From assembly GCF_006345805.1 (NCBI RefSeq), contig NC_042998.1, forward strand, positions 30,256,001 to 30,320,000: a DNA stretch of 64,000 bases, written 5' to 3'. A program made the translations under genes and the position numbers. Origin of the DNA: Octopus sinensis. Taxonomy: Eukaryota. Below are positions 62,826 to 64,000 of the stretch, piece by piece (position 1 is the stretch's first letter; every line of letters starts with the position of its first letter). A model generated the notes under the pieces. That model was given only the letters and a program-made list of their open reading frames with translations. It had not been told where the DNA came from and did no database searches.

Positions 62826-63759
62826 GTTATTCCAACTATACAGTTTTTCGACCTATCACCCATTAAACAAAGAGGTGGAACATACTGACATTATAGCTAT
62901 CAGATTAAACTCACTTTTATATTGTAATGGAAGTCTATCTCACAGGATTTGTGCTCGGCGTATTTGAGAGATTGCTGATTTTATATATATTGATTTCATT
63001 ATAGTCTCAGTTTCGTTGATGACGGTCGCCTCAATTTTATCAATATACTTCTAGAAACTTGTTAAAGCTAGAGTATATCTATGCTGTCTGTTATTCAAAA
63101 CACCAACATTCTGTTTTTGTTTCAGAAATAGGGTATATTTTGTTTTGTGGTTGTCTTTCCTGGAAAATATTTTATCGGTACTTTGATCCATGAGTGTTTA
63201 ACTGCACTGATATCTTATTCTTTATATAATCAACACTTTCTAGTAGAAAACTTTATAATCTAAACATTTTTTTACAAATTATGGGAAAATACTATATTGC
63301 TGAATTAGAAGAAACCCGTTACAAACTCAAAGTTGTCGGACAGATAAGTCTAAAACAAATAGTGAATCGTGAAGTAACTTGCATAGAGCAATAGCACTAC
63401 AAAATCAACCTAACACAGGCCAGGTTATCCTTTTCGAAATCTGTCATATTTCTGCTCTAATTAATTACCGACATTCTACAAAGTATATGTTTGATGTACA
63501 GTAGAAGAAACTTCAAATGAAGGTCGGTCCTAACAAACGTAAGCATTCAAAACTGCGTCCAGTTCTTCGGATGCTTAGTAAAGTAGTGATGAATCCGTAA
63601 AAGCGACTAGCCTACACCTGCACTGCTCGCTATTACTCAGACTCTTTATTTCTTTCTCTAGATGCACACGTAAAAGAAACATCGCATTTTTTAATCATTT
63701 ACCTTTCATTTGCTTCAATAAAATGACTGCGAATATGAAAGGGCACCGCCTTGAAGAGT

Positions 63760-64000
63760 TTTGTCTATTCTGTATTTTATGTAGTTTGTTCTTAATGCTT
63801 GCTCTTGTGCAGTACAGATTAGAGCCTCCGTTTCTGGTTTTAAATCACTTTTAGTCATCTACAGCCATCTTTTTTCTCTGTCTGTCTTATCTTCAACATC
63901 CCTATGAAATTGACCATGCATTCTTTTCTTTACCTACCTAGTTTCAGTTTCTTGTATAGTGCTTTGTCTTTGCAATCTTTCATCCTACACAAGCATATAC
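63760..64000 (-). mobile_element. R4/Dong-clade LINE fragment (post-RT region)
   Basis: MHGQFHRDVEDKTDREKRWL*MTKSDLKPETEALICTAQEQALRTNYIKYRIDK; overlaps the start of the 43640-44178 fragment by homology. Confidence 0.85.

Overview
AT-rich, repeat-saturated eukaryotic non-coding DNA, most likely from an octopod cephalopod. The taxon is an inference from the tRNA-derived SINE families and the dense (TA)n/(ATT)n/(GATA)n/(CA)n microsatellite load. I find no supportable intact host gene, rRNA, true tRNA or CRISPR array, and most ORFs in the supplied track are microsatellite read-throughs. The window is a mosaic of decayed transposable elements: several tRNA-headed SINE families, L1/Tx1-type LINEs, R4/Dong-type LINEs (RT plus restriction-like endonuclease), a CR1-like 3' end, Penelope-like elements (PLEs, GIY-YIG), a full-length dead mariner, a pogo fossil and Helitrons. 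The most interesting signal is a set of hammerhead-ribozyme (HHR)-like motifs in PLE terminal units that also occur as short solo insertions with their own target-site duplications. One family joins a tRNA-like Pol III promoter (A/B boxes), an (AAT)n spacer and an HHR, found both at a PLE ORF end and as a solo SINE-like copy. Other highlights: a 360-bp near-perfect hairpin, head-to-tail SINE multimers, SINE head/tail swapping, and a 26-bp minisatellite amplified from an L1 endonuclease coding segment. Family labels A-F are working names for this window only. All family assignments come from manual translation and motif reading, and many boundaries are approximate.
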